From an uncultured bacterium (lineage in GTDB: Bacteria; Hydrothermota; Tepidihabitantia; B3-TA06), in contig CAZUXE010000005.1 in the NCBI GenBank assembly GCA_964624585.1, positions 30,178-82,432 of the forward strand: a DNA stretch of 52,255 bases. The letters run 5' to 3'. Position 1 is the stretch's first letter, and each line of letters begins with the position of its first letter. Positions 27,930 to 37,777 of the stretch are shown piece after piece. The notes under the pieces were generated by a model. It saw only the letters and a list, made by a program, of their open reading frames with translations. It had not been told where the DNA came from and ran no database searches. A program made the position numbers and the translations under genes.

Positions 27930-29740
27930 AACCACTGAACTGGATACTCCATTCAATTTTACTTATACTTCTTGTCCTACTATTTATTCCTGAAATTGGA
28001 CTTCCATTGTTTTGGACAAAACCCCGTGTCGCAGTTATGCTAGATACATCGCCAAGTATGAATATTGAAAATAAAACTGCGCAACTGAATACAATTCTTA
28101 AAGATATAACCGTGCTTCAAAAACAAGCAGATTTCGATTTCTATCCGTTTGCAGATTCACTTTATCCTAAAAAAGAAACATGGAATACGGCAATGGGATA
28201 TCAGGGTAGAGCCACAGATATCAGCTGCATATTCAAGGAATTTGAGCACGATAAATATGATGCTATTTTATTAATAAGCGACGGCAGACATAACGGCCCT
28301 GATATATTGCAAAACATAACATCACTAGCCCCATTGTGGAGCATTGCTGTGGGAAAAGGCGACCTACCGGATATTGGAATTACTGAAGCCTGCGTAGACG
28401 ATTCCCTAAATCTTGAGCTTAGAATAAGCTCCCACATCCCAACACCAATAGCTTCAACTGTTAAAATTTACGCTGGGGAAAAACAGATTGCCGCTAGGAA
28501 TATCTCCCTTCCTACACACGGCTTATCTCAATTTAGAATACCGCTTTCTGGAATAAATCGCAGTAGAGAAATTAAAGTTCTGCTTGAAGAGCTAGAAAAT
28601 GAAGATTTTCTAGAAAATAATCGTTATTCCGTAAAAATCTCTAGACACGGTAAAAATCCCAGGGTACTTTTTATTGGCAACCTACTTAATTTGGAAACTA
28701 AACAAATCCTCAACACGCTTAAAATGATTCCCGATATAACATTGATAACCTATATAGAGGTGGCAAATAACCGATTTATCAAGGCTGGCAATAATGCAAG
28801 TGCGGATATAATTGTGGTCGGGCCAATTGCGAAGCAAGCTTCGCCTAAATTGTTGAATATTATTAATAATGCCAACGGAAAAACACCTATTTTATTCCTC
28901 TGTAACGGAACAAATCTTCCCCTGGAGATAGCCAAAATTTATCCCTTGGTGCCGGATATTATGGATAAGAACTCTAACTCCAAAGCCCTGCTTTCTAAAA
29001 GCGACCTTGGCAAAATGCTTTCAGGCAACTGGCAACCATCAACTATAGCTATGGATATAAAAAGTGGCAAAGGCTATAAAACCAAAAAAAAAGTAACCGC
29101 GCTTATGAAAACGGGTGAGAGAGTATACTTTGCATACGATAGAATCAATGGTAATCTTGCCTTACAGCTTCCTCAATTGGCCAAGGAAGCAAAACGTAAT
29201 GAAGCAATCTTCAGAGAAACTATTACACGATCTATTCAATATCTAATAAATCCACATTCATTTCCATTTTCAATTTTGGCTGCAAAAACCCGCGGGAATT
29301 TGCTTTCAATTCAACTTAAATCGCAGCTATCTTTTGATTCAAACGAATTGGAGGCATTTCTCAGTCCCGATTTCCACAAGCTTTCTATAATACCCACCTC
29401 AATAAATACCTTTAAGCTCACAGGAAACGCCAAGCCCGGAAGTTATAAATTACATATCAAATGGAATAAGCGACATGCTGTAATGCCTCAGACAATTACT
29501 ATCCCGCAACAGAAAACAGAGCAGCCCTCGCGCGGCTCCAACCCTAAACTATTGACCTACCTTGCCGACCACAATCATGGACGTATAATAAGCTCAAAGG
29601 AACTGGATTCTTTTGTCAATTCCTTGCCTCGCAATAAACACGTTAAATTCAAGCCACTGAAAACACCTTGGTTGGTGATAATCATATGCTTGATTCTTTT
29701 AGGAGAGATATGGTACAGAAGACAACACGGATTACCCTGA
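27926..29740 (+). CDS. Membrane-anchored von Willebrand factor A-domain protein
   Basis: N-terminal TM, MIDAS-like LDTSPSM, LISDGRHN, END..ENN linker, C-terminal TM ending EIWYRRQHGLP. Confidence 0.75.
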   Translation: MKPLNWILHSILLILLVLLFIPEIGLPLFWTKPRVAVMLDTSPSMNIENKTAQLNTILKDITVLQKQADFDFYPFADSLYPKKETWNTAMGYQGRATDISCIFKEFEHDKYDAILLISDGRHNGPDILQNITSLAPLWSIAVGKGDLPDIGITEACVDDSLNLELRISSHIPTPIASTVKIYAGEKQIAARNISLPTHGLSQFRIPLSGINRSREIKVLLEELENEDFLENNRYSVKISRHGKNPRVLFIGNLLNLETKQILNTLKMIPDITLITYIEVANNRFIKAGNNASADIIVVGPIAKQASPKLLNIINNANGKTPILFLCNGTNLPLEIAKIYPLVPDIMDKNSNSKALLSKSDLGKMLSGNWQPSTIAMDIKSGKGYKTKKKVTALMKTGERVYFAYDRINGNLALQLPQLAKEAKRNEAIFRETITRSIQYLINPHSFPFSILAAKTRGNLLSIQLKSQLSFDSNELEAFLSPDFHKLSIIPTSINTFKLTGNAKPGSYKLHIKWNKRHAVMPQTITIPQQKTEQPSRGSNPKLLTYLADHNHGRIISSKELDSFVNSLPRNKHVKFKPLKTPWLVIIICLILLGEIWYRRQHGLP

Positions 29741-30507
29741 TAATTCTATCCCTGCTTGTTGCCACCTCACTTACTCAAGCAAGAGAAGCCAAAACTAGTG
29801 GATTTGAGACTAGGGAAACGGCTATTCAAACTGAAAATAATAGATATTCTCCGAAAAGAACTGCTAGGATTTTAAGTGCAGGAGCCTCCTCCAATGATAC
29901 TAATACTTACTCCCTTAAGATTAAGAAAGAAGGCTTGCGGGAACGTACATCAAAGCTGATCTTGGGGCTTCTTGGCCCCCGTATGGGCATTTTTGTTCTA
30001 TCCATGCTGCCTATATCCGAACTTCGAGGCGCTTTAGTGCTATGGGCATTGGACAAAACTATACATCAAGCAGTTCCATGGTGGCAAGCATCACTAATTG
30101 CCCTGCTTGGAAATCTCATACCCGTGATACCAATAGTGTTTCTTTTGAACTGGATAATGAAACTTCTTGGAAATATAGGAATTTTCAAAAAAATCTTTGA
30201 TTGGCTCGCTGCCCGCGCCAAACGCAAAGGCGACCTTATAGAACGATACGAATTTCTGGGGGTATTCCTATTTGTAGCCATCCCACTGCCCTTCACCGGC
30301 GCGTGGACAGGAGCGCTTATTGCCTCCGTCCTCAGACTCAATCCATGGAAGTCCTTCCTCATAATCTGCCTAGGCGTATTGAGCGCCGACATTGTTGTTA
30401 CCGCCTTCGTTCTTTTGAAGTGGTGGGGATTGCTCGCCGCCGTAATCATATTGCCCTTACTATGGATATTATCAAGATGGCTTGAACACAAACCAATTAG
30501 AGCTTGA
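29710..30507 (+). CDS. Small multi-drug export family (COG2426) membrane protein with an N-terminal extension
   Basis: SMLPISELRGA, GNLIPV, FVAIPLPFTGAWTGALIA; SD AGGAG before ATG 29710. Confidence 0.85.
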   Translation: MVQKTTRITLIILSLLVATSLTQAREAKTSGFETRETAIQTENNRYSPKRTARILSAGASSNDTNTYSLKIKKEGLRERTSKLILGLLGPRMGIFVLSMLPISELRGALVLWALDKTIHQAVPWWQASLIALLGNLIPVIPIVFLLNWIMKLLGNIGIFKKIFDWLAARAKRKGDLIERYEFLGVFLFVAIPLPFTGAWTGALIASVLRLNPWKSFLIICLGVLSADIVVTAFVLLKWWGLLAAVIILPLLWILSRWLEHKPIRA

Positions 30508-30878
30508 TTAAAGTTAATTTAAGCGTGAGATTTGACTTCTAGGAAACGCTCTATTCTCAATTCAAATATTCCGAACCTAGTTATGGGAATAGATTTAGCT
30601 TGTTTTAACTCAAAACTTACTTAACACACTCCTCCGACAAGCCCAATAGTGTTTATGTGTAAAAATATAATTTACCGTGAAGGCTTGAGAAAATGCTAAT
30701 GAACGATGAGTATAAAGAAGAGACAGGATAGCAAAAGATGCCGAACTCTCAGCAATAACAAATAAGGTATTATACAATTCATAAGAACTTTGACTAGAAA
30801 AGACCGACCCATGTTTAATACTAAAAAAACGAATGGCTAAGGCTCCATACAGACACAAAATGAGAAGGGGGGTGGAAA

Positions 30879-30953
30879 CGGAGCCGACGAGACTCGAACT
30901 CGCGACCTCTAGCGTGACAGGCTAGCGTTCTAACCAAGCTGAACTACGGCTCC
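30879..30953 (-). tRNA. tRNA-Asp (anticodon GUC)
   Basis: GGAGCCG...CTAGC-CTGTCAC-GCTAG...GAGTTCGAGTCTC...CGGCTCC-G. Confidence 0.97.
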
Positions 30954-30964
30954 TTAAGGCATGT

Positions 30965-30992
30965 ATTATATCAATAAGAAGACCCGTGTCAA
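30965..30992 (-). promoter_or_regulatory. Consensus promoter for tRNA-Asp
   Basis: TTGACA-N16-TATAAT with extended -10 TG. Confidence 0.8.
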
Positions 30993-31004
30993 GATACACG
31001 GGCC
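30981..31004. terminator. Intrinsic terminator hairpin ending the exbB-tonB operon
   Basis: GGCCCGTGT-ATCTTG-ACACGGGTC on minus followed by TTCTTATT; TTTTT follows on plus as well. Confidence 0.65.
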
Positions 31005-31089
31005 TTTTTCACTTCTCTTTTTTATAGCCAGTTGCTGATTAATCAAGCAAACAGCACGACAACAGTTACATACAATGCTAAAAACGCTT

Positions 31090-31941
31090 CTATCTAGAAC
31101 GACGCGGCGCTCGTGTAGAAAATACAAATTCTACACGCGCATACTCCGGATCCTCTTCAACGTCAATTTTAACATTGTAAAGACGCTCTGAAAGATAGTC
31201 GGCAATACTTTGACCAGTCCACATACTTGAAGCGCGAATTTTGATGTAGGAATAATTCTTTTCCTTCAAGCGATTCAAGACGTACAAATAGTATCTGGCA
31301 ATCTTGGGCGTTACAACTGGTTCGTATGAAGCGACTTCTATTTCTTTAACCGCAACTATTGAATCGTAGGCAACACCGTTAACTTCAATTGGACGTCCTA
31401 TTTTACGTATATCAGAACCGTCTCTCATGGTTAAAAAAACGATAAAGGAATAGATATCGCCTACCGCCATTACTTCCGTAGGCTCATCACCGCGACCGTC
31501 CCAAGAAATTGAAGCGGGTAGGGAACCGGTTCCTTTCAAAGTCCTAAAAGTCATGCCTCTTGCGTCAAGAACTTGAACTTCCCAGGCAGAAACTCCTCTT
31601 TCCTGATACCTTGAAACATCCAAAGTCAAGGCTTCCTTATCAAGATCGTAGAAATTATTAAGACTTACCGGAAACCTGAGAAGATTAGGATCGGCCATAA
31701 AGGTACTACGACCAACTGCCTTTTCTACTTGGGTAATAAGATTATCATCTAGTATATACCGATTAGTGCCCAACAGAATGCCTATTGGTTGATATGGGTC
31801 TATTTCATAATAAAAAGCCTGAGGTTTTTTTTCCAACAAGCCGGCTTCCGTAATTTTCTGTATACCTACATCACCTTGAGCAAGCAATACTGCAGGAGTT
31901 ATTAGCAAAACAGCAATTAATATTGTCAGTATTTTTTTCAA
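31090..31941 (-). CDS. Secreted hypothetical protein with a FlgD-Ig-like segment
   Basis: Signal peptide MKKILTILIAVLLITPAVLLA; AWEVQVLDARGMTFRTLKGTGSLPASISWDGRGD; SD GGAGG 6 nt before TTG 31941. Confidence 0.75.
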   Translation of the reverse strand: MKKILTILIAVLLITPAVLLAQGDVGIQKITEAGLLEKKPQAFYYEIDPYQPIGILLGTNRYILDDNLITQVEKAVGRSTFMADPNLLRFPVSLNNFYDLDKEALTLDVSRYQERGVSAWEVQVLDARGMTFRTLKGTGSLPASISWDGRGDEPTEVMAVGDIYSFIVFLTMRDGSDIRKIGRPIEVNGVAYDSIVAVKEIEVASYEPVVTPKIARYYLYVLNRLKEKNYSYIKIRASSMWTGQSIADYLSERLYNVKIDVEEDPEYARVEFVFSTRAPRRSR

Positions 31942-31951
31942 CGCCAACCTC

Positions 31952-32914
31952 CTATGTTAGCACGAACATGAATGTTATAATACCTCTCCGTTTGGGGGTA
32001 CCAGGTGCAGGCTTAAATTTCCACGACGCAAGCCTTTGCTTAACAAGTTTATCCCAATTAGGATAACCAGTAGTGCGCTTGACAACCATCGTAGGCTGCA
32101 CATTTCCGTTTGCGTCAACTGAAAATTGAATCGAAATTCTTACGTTAGATAAACCTTTCTGCCTGGCCCATGGCGGATATGCAGGCATTCCACCGCGAAG
32201 AATATCACCTTGGGATAAATCGCCGGATAACGAAAAACCAGACTTATTGGCTCCACTAGCAGCCGTTTTAGCATTGGCCTTCAAATCAGAATTTCCACTA
32301 AACTTAGGCTTTACCTCTTCTGCACCAATAGAGGTAGCCCCTGAATTCAATTCTATTGAACTACCGCCACTTGCAGCAATACGATCAAATGCACTACTTG
32401 AACCAAGACCGCCTGTAGAACGTTTAAGTTCAATTGCAGACTGCTGAAGAATGTCATCTGTCGATAAGGCGCGATTTTTATCAATTCTAATCACATCACC
32501 GCTGAAACTGGCTTCACTTTTATCCAAACTAAAATCATCCACTTCCATTTTCGCTTGAAAGGTCTGTTTTCCTTTAGATAAATCAATAGGTGCACCTTCG
32601 GTACTTGTTGGCGCTGCTGGCGTTGAAAGCTGTTGTTGCTGCACTATCTTCTGCGCCTTTGGGGGCAAAGACTCATCATAAACAACTGCGGTAAGATCAA
32701 TAGTGTCATCACCTAAGGTGCGCCCCTTCAAAAGATCAGACGTTAAAAGCACTATCAAGGCGTGTAACAACAAAGAAATGGCAAGACCTGACCATAAGCG
32801 ACCATTCGAGAAAGTTTCAACAATACCGCGACCCAAATTACCTAACGCTACCGCTATTGTTTCTAACCAGCTTCTGGGTTTTGGGACAGCTCCGATGTAA
32901 CTATTGGTAAGCAT
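31952..32914 (-). CDS. tonB: Energy transducer TonB-family protein
   Basis: TM helix with S-x3-H (SLLLHAL), long linker, C-terminal PAYPPWARQKG...FSVDANGNV...WKFKP domain. Confidence 0.88.
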   Translation of the reverse strand: MLTNSYIGAVPKPRSWLETIAVALGNLGRGIVETFSNGRLWSGLAISLLLHALIVLLTSDLLKGRTLGDDTIDLTAVVYDESLPPKAQKIVQQQQLSTPAAPTSTEGAPIDLSKGKQTFQAKMEVDDFSLDKSEASFSGDVIRIDKNRALSTDDILQQSAIELKRSTGGLGSSSAFDRIAASGGSSIELNSGATSIGAEEVKPKFSGNSDLKANAKTAASGANKSGFSLSGDLSQGDILRGGMPAYPPWARQKGLSNVRISIQFSVDANGNVQPTMVVKRTTGYPNWDKLVKQRLASWKFKPAPGTPKRRGIITFMFVLT

Positions 32915-32915
32915 G

Positions 32916-33362
32916 TTAACTCTCCTTTTCTTCGGTGGCTGACTTCTTTCCCTTAATTCTCTTTGTAGACACCGCTACTCGCTGCGCTCCCGCTTTCTTA
33001 ACCATCCTTAAAAGATCCAATACCCATTGCGACGGCGAACTTTTATCCGCCCTTACTACAACTAGGAAATACTGATCTTCACCCATTTTATTCGCTACTC
33101 TCTGTTCAATATACTCAAGAGACATCAACGAATCATTGAGATAGTATTCCTTAGCGCCGACCTCATTAACACGAAAAGCGATAGTTAAATTCTCTTCAGT
33201 GTTTCTTTCCATTGTTTGGGCAGGAGGCACCTCAACAGGCGTATCTTCGCTGGTAAGAAGCTGCTGAGCAGTCATCATCATCATCAGTACGATAATCAAC
33301 GCGACTCCGGCCATCGTTGTAAGGTCAGGCATTAGGCTTCTTTCACCTTTATGTTGCGCCAT
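32916..33362 (-). CDS. exbD: ExbD/TolR-family biopolymer transporter
   Basis: PDLTTMAGVALIIVLMMM, VVVRADK, VLDLLRMVKKAG. The usual TM Asp appears replaced (TMAGV). Confidence 0.85.
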   Translation of the reverse strand: MAQHKGERSLMPDLTTMAGVALIIVLMMMMTAQQLLTSEDTPVEVPPAQTMERNTEENLTIAFRVNEVGAKEYYLNDSLMSLEYIEQRVANKMGEDQYFLVVVRADKSSPSQWVLDLLRMVKKAGAQRVAVSTKRIKGKKSATEEKES

Positions 33363-33829
33363 TATTTACCTCCGCCCGTATCAGTTTCTTGGAATCTTTT
33401 TCCTTGAATTAAAGCTAATTTTGCTGCCTCTTTTTGTTTTGCAAGATCAAGCATTTCAACAACAGCACCATGAGAAACTTCACCGTCAGCTTTGACGATA
33501 ACCAATTTACTTGTACTACGCATAAGAAGTTCTTCAATACGTTGACCTATTGCATCTTTAAGTTCACCTATCGTTTCTTTAGTAGCCACTTGTTCATCGT
33601 TAAGATAATACGTACCGTCTTGTTTAAGATATATACTCACCTTGAACTCATCAGATGGACCACCGGAAACTTTTTCCACTCCGGGAGCCTTCACAAAAAT
33701 TCCGCTCTCCAACATAGCCGGTAGAGTTACAATAAAGAAGATTACTAAGCTAAGAGCGATATCAATCAAAGAAGTGATGTTCGCCTTGGACGAATGGTGT
33801 TCTTTTCTACTAGGCTTGCTGATTTTCAT
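33362..33829 (-). CDS. exbD: ExbD/TolR-family biopolymer transporter
   Basis: NITSLIDIALSLVIFF with conserved Asp, VIVKADGEVSHGAVVEMLD. Confidence 0.9.
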   Translation of the reverse strand: MKISKPSRKEHHSSKANITSLIDIALSLVIFFIVTLPAMLESGIFVKAPGVEKVSGGPSDEFKVSIYLKQDGTYYLNDEQVATKETIGELKDAIGQRIEELLMRSTSKLVIVKADGEVSHGAVVEMLDLAKQKEAAKLALIQGKRFQETDTGGGK

Positions 33830-34460
33830 ATGAACCGCCTTTAGACATAGAGATTAACTTTAATACCTTGCGCATCAAAGATTCCATCTCATCGGTAAGG
33901 TCGGTAGCTTTTTTAGCAAAATAATTATAGGCGACAATTGTCGGAACAGCAACAACCAAACCAAAAGCAGTAGTATATAACGCTTCCTTAACACCTAGAG
34001 CCACTACGGCAGCACCGCCGGAACCGCTCTCTGCAATATTTCCGAACGCTGCGATAAGACCAACAACTGTTCCCAATAAACCCAATAAAGGAGCTATGTT
34101 ACCCATACTATTGAGACCTGACATAAAACGTTCCATCAAGGTTCTCTGAGTCAATATTTCGCTTTCCATCATTTCGGCAATCATTTCGTCCGGAAGATTG
34201 TAGTTTTCAAACCCAACACGAACAACATGAGCGAATGGTACATCGTAGTTCTTAACCAAGGCTAATACTTCAGGAATGCCTCCTGTGGCGAAAGTTTCTT
34301 TCACTTTTTCAAAAAAGAGTCCCGAATTGGCACGCCTTTTCAAGAAATATATGGCTCGTTCTATAAGTAACGCAATTGCTATAATTGATACTAGGAGAAT
34401 CACAACCATAACTAAACTGAACTTTTCACTACCAGGAATAAACATTTGCAGTAGCTTCAT
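33810..34460 (-). CDS. exbB: ExbB/TolQ/MotA-family proton channel
   Basis: IAPLLGLLGTVVGLIAAF, GVKEALYTTAFGLVVAVP. Confidence 0.93.
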   Translation of the reverse strand: MKLLQMFIPGSEKFSLVMVVILLVSIIAIALLIERAIYFLKRRANSGLFFEKVKETFATGGIPEVLALVKNYDVPFAHVVRVGFENYNLPDEMIAEMMESEILTQRTLMERFMSGLNSMGNIAPLLGLLGTVVGLIAAFGNIAESGSGGAAVVALGVKEALYTTAFGLVVAVPTIVAYNYFAKKATDLTDEMESLMRKVLKLISMSKGGSYENQQA

Positions 34461-34489
34461 CTTTCCTCCTTTTACAAAGCTTTTACAAA

Positions 34490-34518
34490 AGTATATATCA
34501 ACTTATACTTCTTGTCAA
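34490..34518 (-). promoter_or_regulatory. Promoter for exbB-exbD-exbD-tonB
   Basis: TTGACA-N17-TATACT; SD AGGAGG. Confidence 0.7.
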
Positions 34519-35077
34519 GTCCTTATACCCCAATAGGGATATTATACACTAGAACCACTATCCCGCGTTACATCATTCCCTAAATTATAGACGCTCAAAA
34601 CCCATTTTTTGTTTACGTAACTAATCTTCCAACCCTATGTCTATCCTATACATACACGCATAAAGGTTTTCAGCGGGCATTAAAACCGCGCTTTTTTAGC
34701 CACCCTTTCATTCTCAGGTTACGGTTACAAGACTTACTCTTGAACAATCCAAAACAACAATTATACATTTATGTAACAACGTTAGTTTGAATTTAAGCAA
34801 CTCTCATAATAAATCAGAGCAAACTTAGAATAACATAATTTACGCTAATTTGAAGATAATTTTGGGGCAAAAACAGCTAAAGTCAATAGGATAGATTACC
34901 TATGTTTTTCCCTAAGGTATATTTACCAAAAAAGTAACTAATTCTATCAAAGAGCAAAATTTTTACAAATATTACTAATCCAAAGAAAAGGCAGACAAGG
35001 GGGATAATGTTTACTGTATATAATAGCTTGCCTAGATAAAACGTAAACAAGTTTCTTATACCTAACTCTAAGGTACA

Positions 35078-37579
35078 TTACGTCAAAAGCTTACGTGCTG
35101 CTTCCCTAAGTTTGCGTATGTCTTCAACAGATTGTTTAACGAATTTACTTTTTGCAAATTTCCTCTCCAGCCTATCCAAATCGTCCAATGCTTTCCGGGC
35201 ATCTTCTTTTCTCTTAAAAGGATCATTATTACCTCTTCTGTTGACTAATCCAAGGGCGCGAAAGTATAAAATCCGTGGAGTAAGACGTTCATTATTGGGA
35301 TATGAGCGCAGAAATATATCGCTTCGGCGTACTAATTCATCCCAATTTTTATCAAGAGCTTGTATGCGAACCAATTCAAAACTTACTTCTGGAAGGAGAT
35401 AATTTACATCTGCCAGATGTCGCCATTCTATAATGCGTTCCAGACGATCAATAGCTAAATCATAATCCGCAAGCTCTGTTTCCATCCTAGCCAGTTTCAA
35501 AAGCAGCTCTGGAAGATATACGCTTTGTGCATTGATATCTTCAAGGGTTTGAACTAAACCTATAAGATGATCGGTTTGATGAAGCAAGGTATCCTTTTCA
35601 GCCAAACGATAGTAGTAGGTTTCCAAAGCAAGGGTTGAACTTTGAGTTCGGCTCAATTTTTCCGCCATTTCGCGTGCCTGCTCCTCTTCTCCGCGCTCCA
35701 TAGCGGCATCAAAGATAGTAAGGAGAATCTCACGGTAAAGGTCAACAAAACTAAAATGATGCAGCTTACCCTGCTCTATAAGACGTTCCAAAGTGGCTCC
35801 AGCCTGCTCTAAGGCTCCCATTTGCACCTGCGAACGCGCCAAGCGAGTCCAGGCATCACGAACAGCAGGTTCTGCAGGAAAATCATTCAGCAGGTCGTCA
35901 TAAGCGCTGGCAGCCAAGCCCGGACGAGAGCTTTGTTCATAAGAACGCGCTTCGTAATACAAGCCTTGCATACGCATTTCTGGAACAGATGAGAAATTCA
36001 AGCCTGCGAACACTTCAGCAGCTGAATGAAAATCATGTTCACTGTACAAAAGCAGACCTTCAAGAAAAATTAATAACTGTGCATCCTTTGAACTGAGATT
36101 ATCGCTTTTCAAAGAGCTAAGTATCGGCTTAACTTCACTTAGCTGCCTTGCCCCCAAATAACTCCACGCAAGACCAAACTTTCCCTTCTGACGTAAATCA
36201 TCATATCTGCTTTTTGAACAATATTTATAGAATGGGCGCGCAAGTTGCGCATATCGTCCGCCTGAGTAATAGTAGGCATCGGCAAGGGCCAAATGAGAAG
36301 CGGTTATAAAGTAGTTTTCAGATATATCATTTAGATTTTGCGCATTGCTTTTAACAAAATCGGATAAACCAAGTGTTAATTGATAGTTTCCCGCTTCGTT
36401 TTCGATGGATGAATAAAGAAATATTACCAAATAATCAAATGCGGCAGGAGATGAAGTATTAAGTCCATGCATTATATCTTCCAGTAAAGGCAAGGCGCGA
36501 TTGTTATTACCTTTGCGTAGATAATTAACTATTCTTAATACTTTATATAGTGCCGCAGCTTGTTTTTTTGCAAAATAGGACTCCGTTATCTGATTATATT
36601 TACCATCAGACATTATCCATTGAGAATAAAGGTCATAGGATGAGTTTGACTGCGCTTTTTTGAACCAAGCCTTGGCTTCCATACTTCTACCTTGCATCCA
36701 TTCTTTACGCCCACGAATAAGCGCAAGGGAAGGCTGAGGAAGCATCCACTGGAAATTAAAAGTATCGGGTACGGCCAAATGCGCCTTACGATAGTTTCCT
36801 CTATGTAGGTAAGCCTTAGCAATATCATAACGAATTAAGGCTTGATAGAAGGAGGGGGTATTATAGATATTTTTAAGAGAATCTTCCGCTTCGCTATAAC
36901 GTCCATAATTGAGAAGGTTATGAGCTTGGAGATATTGCTTGGCATCGCTCTTTGGCAGGGGAAATTTTTGTGAATCCAGGTGATATTTTAATTCTGCAGC
37001 ATATGCTGCTTCTTGAGGGATGAAACGCAAAGCAGCCTGCTCATCACGTTGAAGCAATAAGTAATAGATTAGCGAATCTTTTGTAGAAAACTTTTTGCCA
37101 TCCCAATAGCTTAAAAGAGCGTCCACTTTATCCAAATTAACCCCTGCAGAGGCCTCCTTATCGGCCTTGAGGGTTTTAAGCGACTCCCGCGCTCCTTTAA
37201 GATTATTGCCTAACCAATCACCAATAATGCGATAAAAAAGAATCTGGCGGCGAATATCAGCTGAAGGATAAAGATCAAGCTGAGTGGCCAAGGTCTTCAT
37301 AGCCATATCCACTCTCAACTCCTCAAGATATTTATACGAATTCAGCAGTGAGGGGTTGAGAGGCGGCCCGCCAAGGTGGCTTGTAAGAATAGTTGCATCA
37401 ATACAAGGCTCTAGCTCATCGTCAAGATTATAAGCAGCCAAATTAAACAAATACTCATCTGTTACCCAGTTAGGCATTTGAAACGTAAATTTCGGCTTAC
37501 GACTTAATATCTCCGAAGCCTCCACTGTCATTGTCCCCAAACCATTTTGCCCCACTAGAAACAATATCAAACTTAACAT
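35078..37579 (-). CDS. Secreted tetratricopeptide-repeat protein, 833 aa
   Basis: Very short signal (MLSLILFLVGQ), repeated helical TPR-like units (LYYEARSYEQ...AASAYDDLLNDFP), C-terminal BamD-like unit. Confidence 0.8.
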   Translation of the reverse strand: MLSLILFLVGQNGLGTMTVEASEILSRKPKFTFQMPNWVTDEYLFNLAAYNLDDELEPCIDATILTSHLGGPPLNPSLLNSYKYLEELRVDMAMKTLATQLDLYPSADIRRQILFYRIIGDWLGNNLKGARESLKTLKADKEASAGVNLDKVDALLSYWDGKKFSTKDSLIYYLLLQRDEQAALRFIPQEAAYAAELKYHLDSQKFPLPKSDAKQYLQAHNLLNYGRYSEAEDSLKNIYNTPSFYQALIRYDIAKAYLHRGNYRKAHLAVPDTFNFQWMLPQPSLALIRGRKEWMQGRSMEAKAWFKKAQSNSSYDLYSQWIMSDGKYNQITESYFAKKQAAALYKVLRIVNYLRKGNNNRALPLLEDIMHGLNTSSPAAFDYLVIFLYSSIENEAGNYQLTLGLSDFVKSNAQNLNDISENYFITASHLALADAYYYSGGRYAQLARPFYKYCSKSRYDDLRQKGKFGLAWSYLGARQLSEVKPILSSLKSDNLSSKDAQLLIFLEGLLLYSEHDFHSAAEVFAGLNFSSVPEMRMQGLYYEARSYEQSSRPGLAASAYDDLLNDFPAEPAVRDAWTRLARSQVQMGALEQAGATLERLIEQGKLHHFSFVDLYREILLTIFDAAMERGEEEQAREMAEKLSRTQSSTLALETYYYRLAEKDTLLHQTDHLIGLVQTLEDINAQSVYLPELLLKLARMETELADYDLAIDRLERIIEWRHLADVNYLLPEVSFELVRIQALDKNWDELVRRSDIFLRSYPNNERLTPRILYFRALGLVNRRGNNDPFKRKEDARKALDDLDRLERKFAKSKFVKQSVEDIRKLREAARKLLT

Positions 37580-37612
37580 AAATTCCTACTCCTCAATTTA
37601 AGCATCTGCAAT

Positions 37613-37640
37613 ATTATAGCTTAAGAACAGCTCAATTCAA
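37613..37640 (-). promoter_or_regulatory. Internal promoter for the third TPR gene
   Basis: TTGAAT-N16-TATAAT; SD GAGGAG downstream. Confidence 0.55.
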
Positions 37641-37777
37641 CTTTTTTTAGGCGCGATTGCTAACTTACAGAAAAGTTCAATGTCAACTAAACTGAGAATC
37701 ATAGTACGCCTTTAGTTATGATGGGCTAAAAATTAGATATCTGCTTAATTTTCAACTGAGATGCTGCAAAAGAGAAC

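Noticed and set aside
30610-30858. 82-aa ORF downstream of tRNA-Asp
   Set aside because: No SD, low-complexity AT-rich composition and no recognisable family; a decayed gene cannot be excluded.
31952-34460. Tol-Pal system assignment
   Set aside because: No TolB or Pal adjacent, two ExbD copies, and the TonB-family protein lacks the long Lys/Ala helical TolA domain II.
34640-34730. TPP- or c-di-GMP-like riboswitch in the exbB upstream gap (CTGAGA present on minus)
   Set aside because: The remaining conserved elements and stems could not be found.
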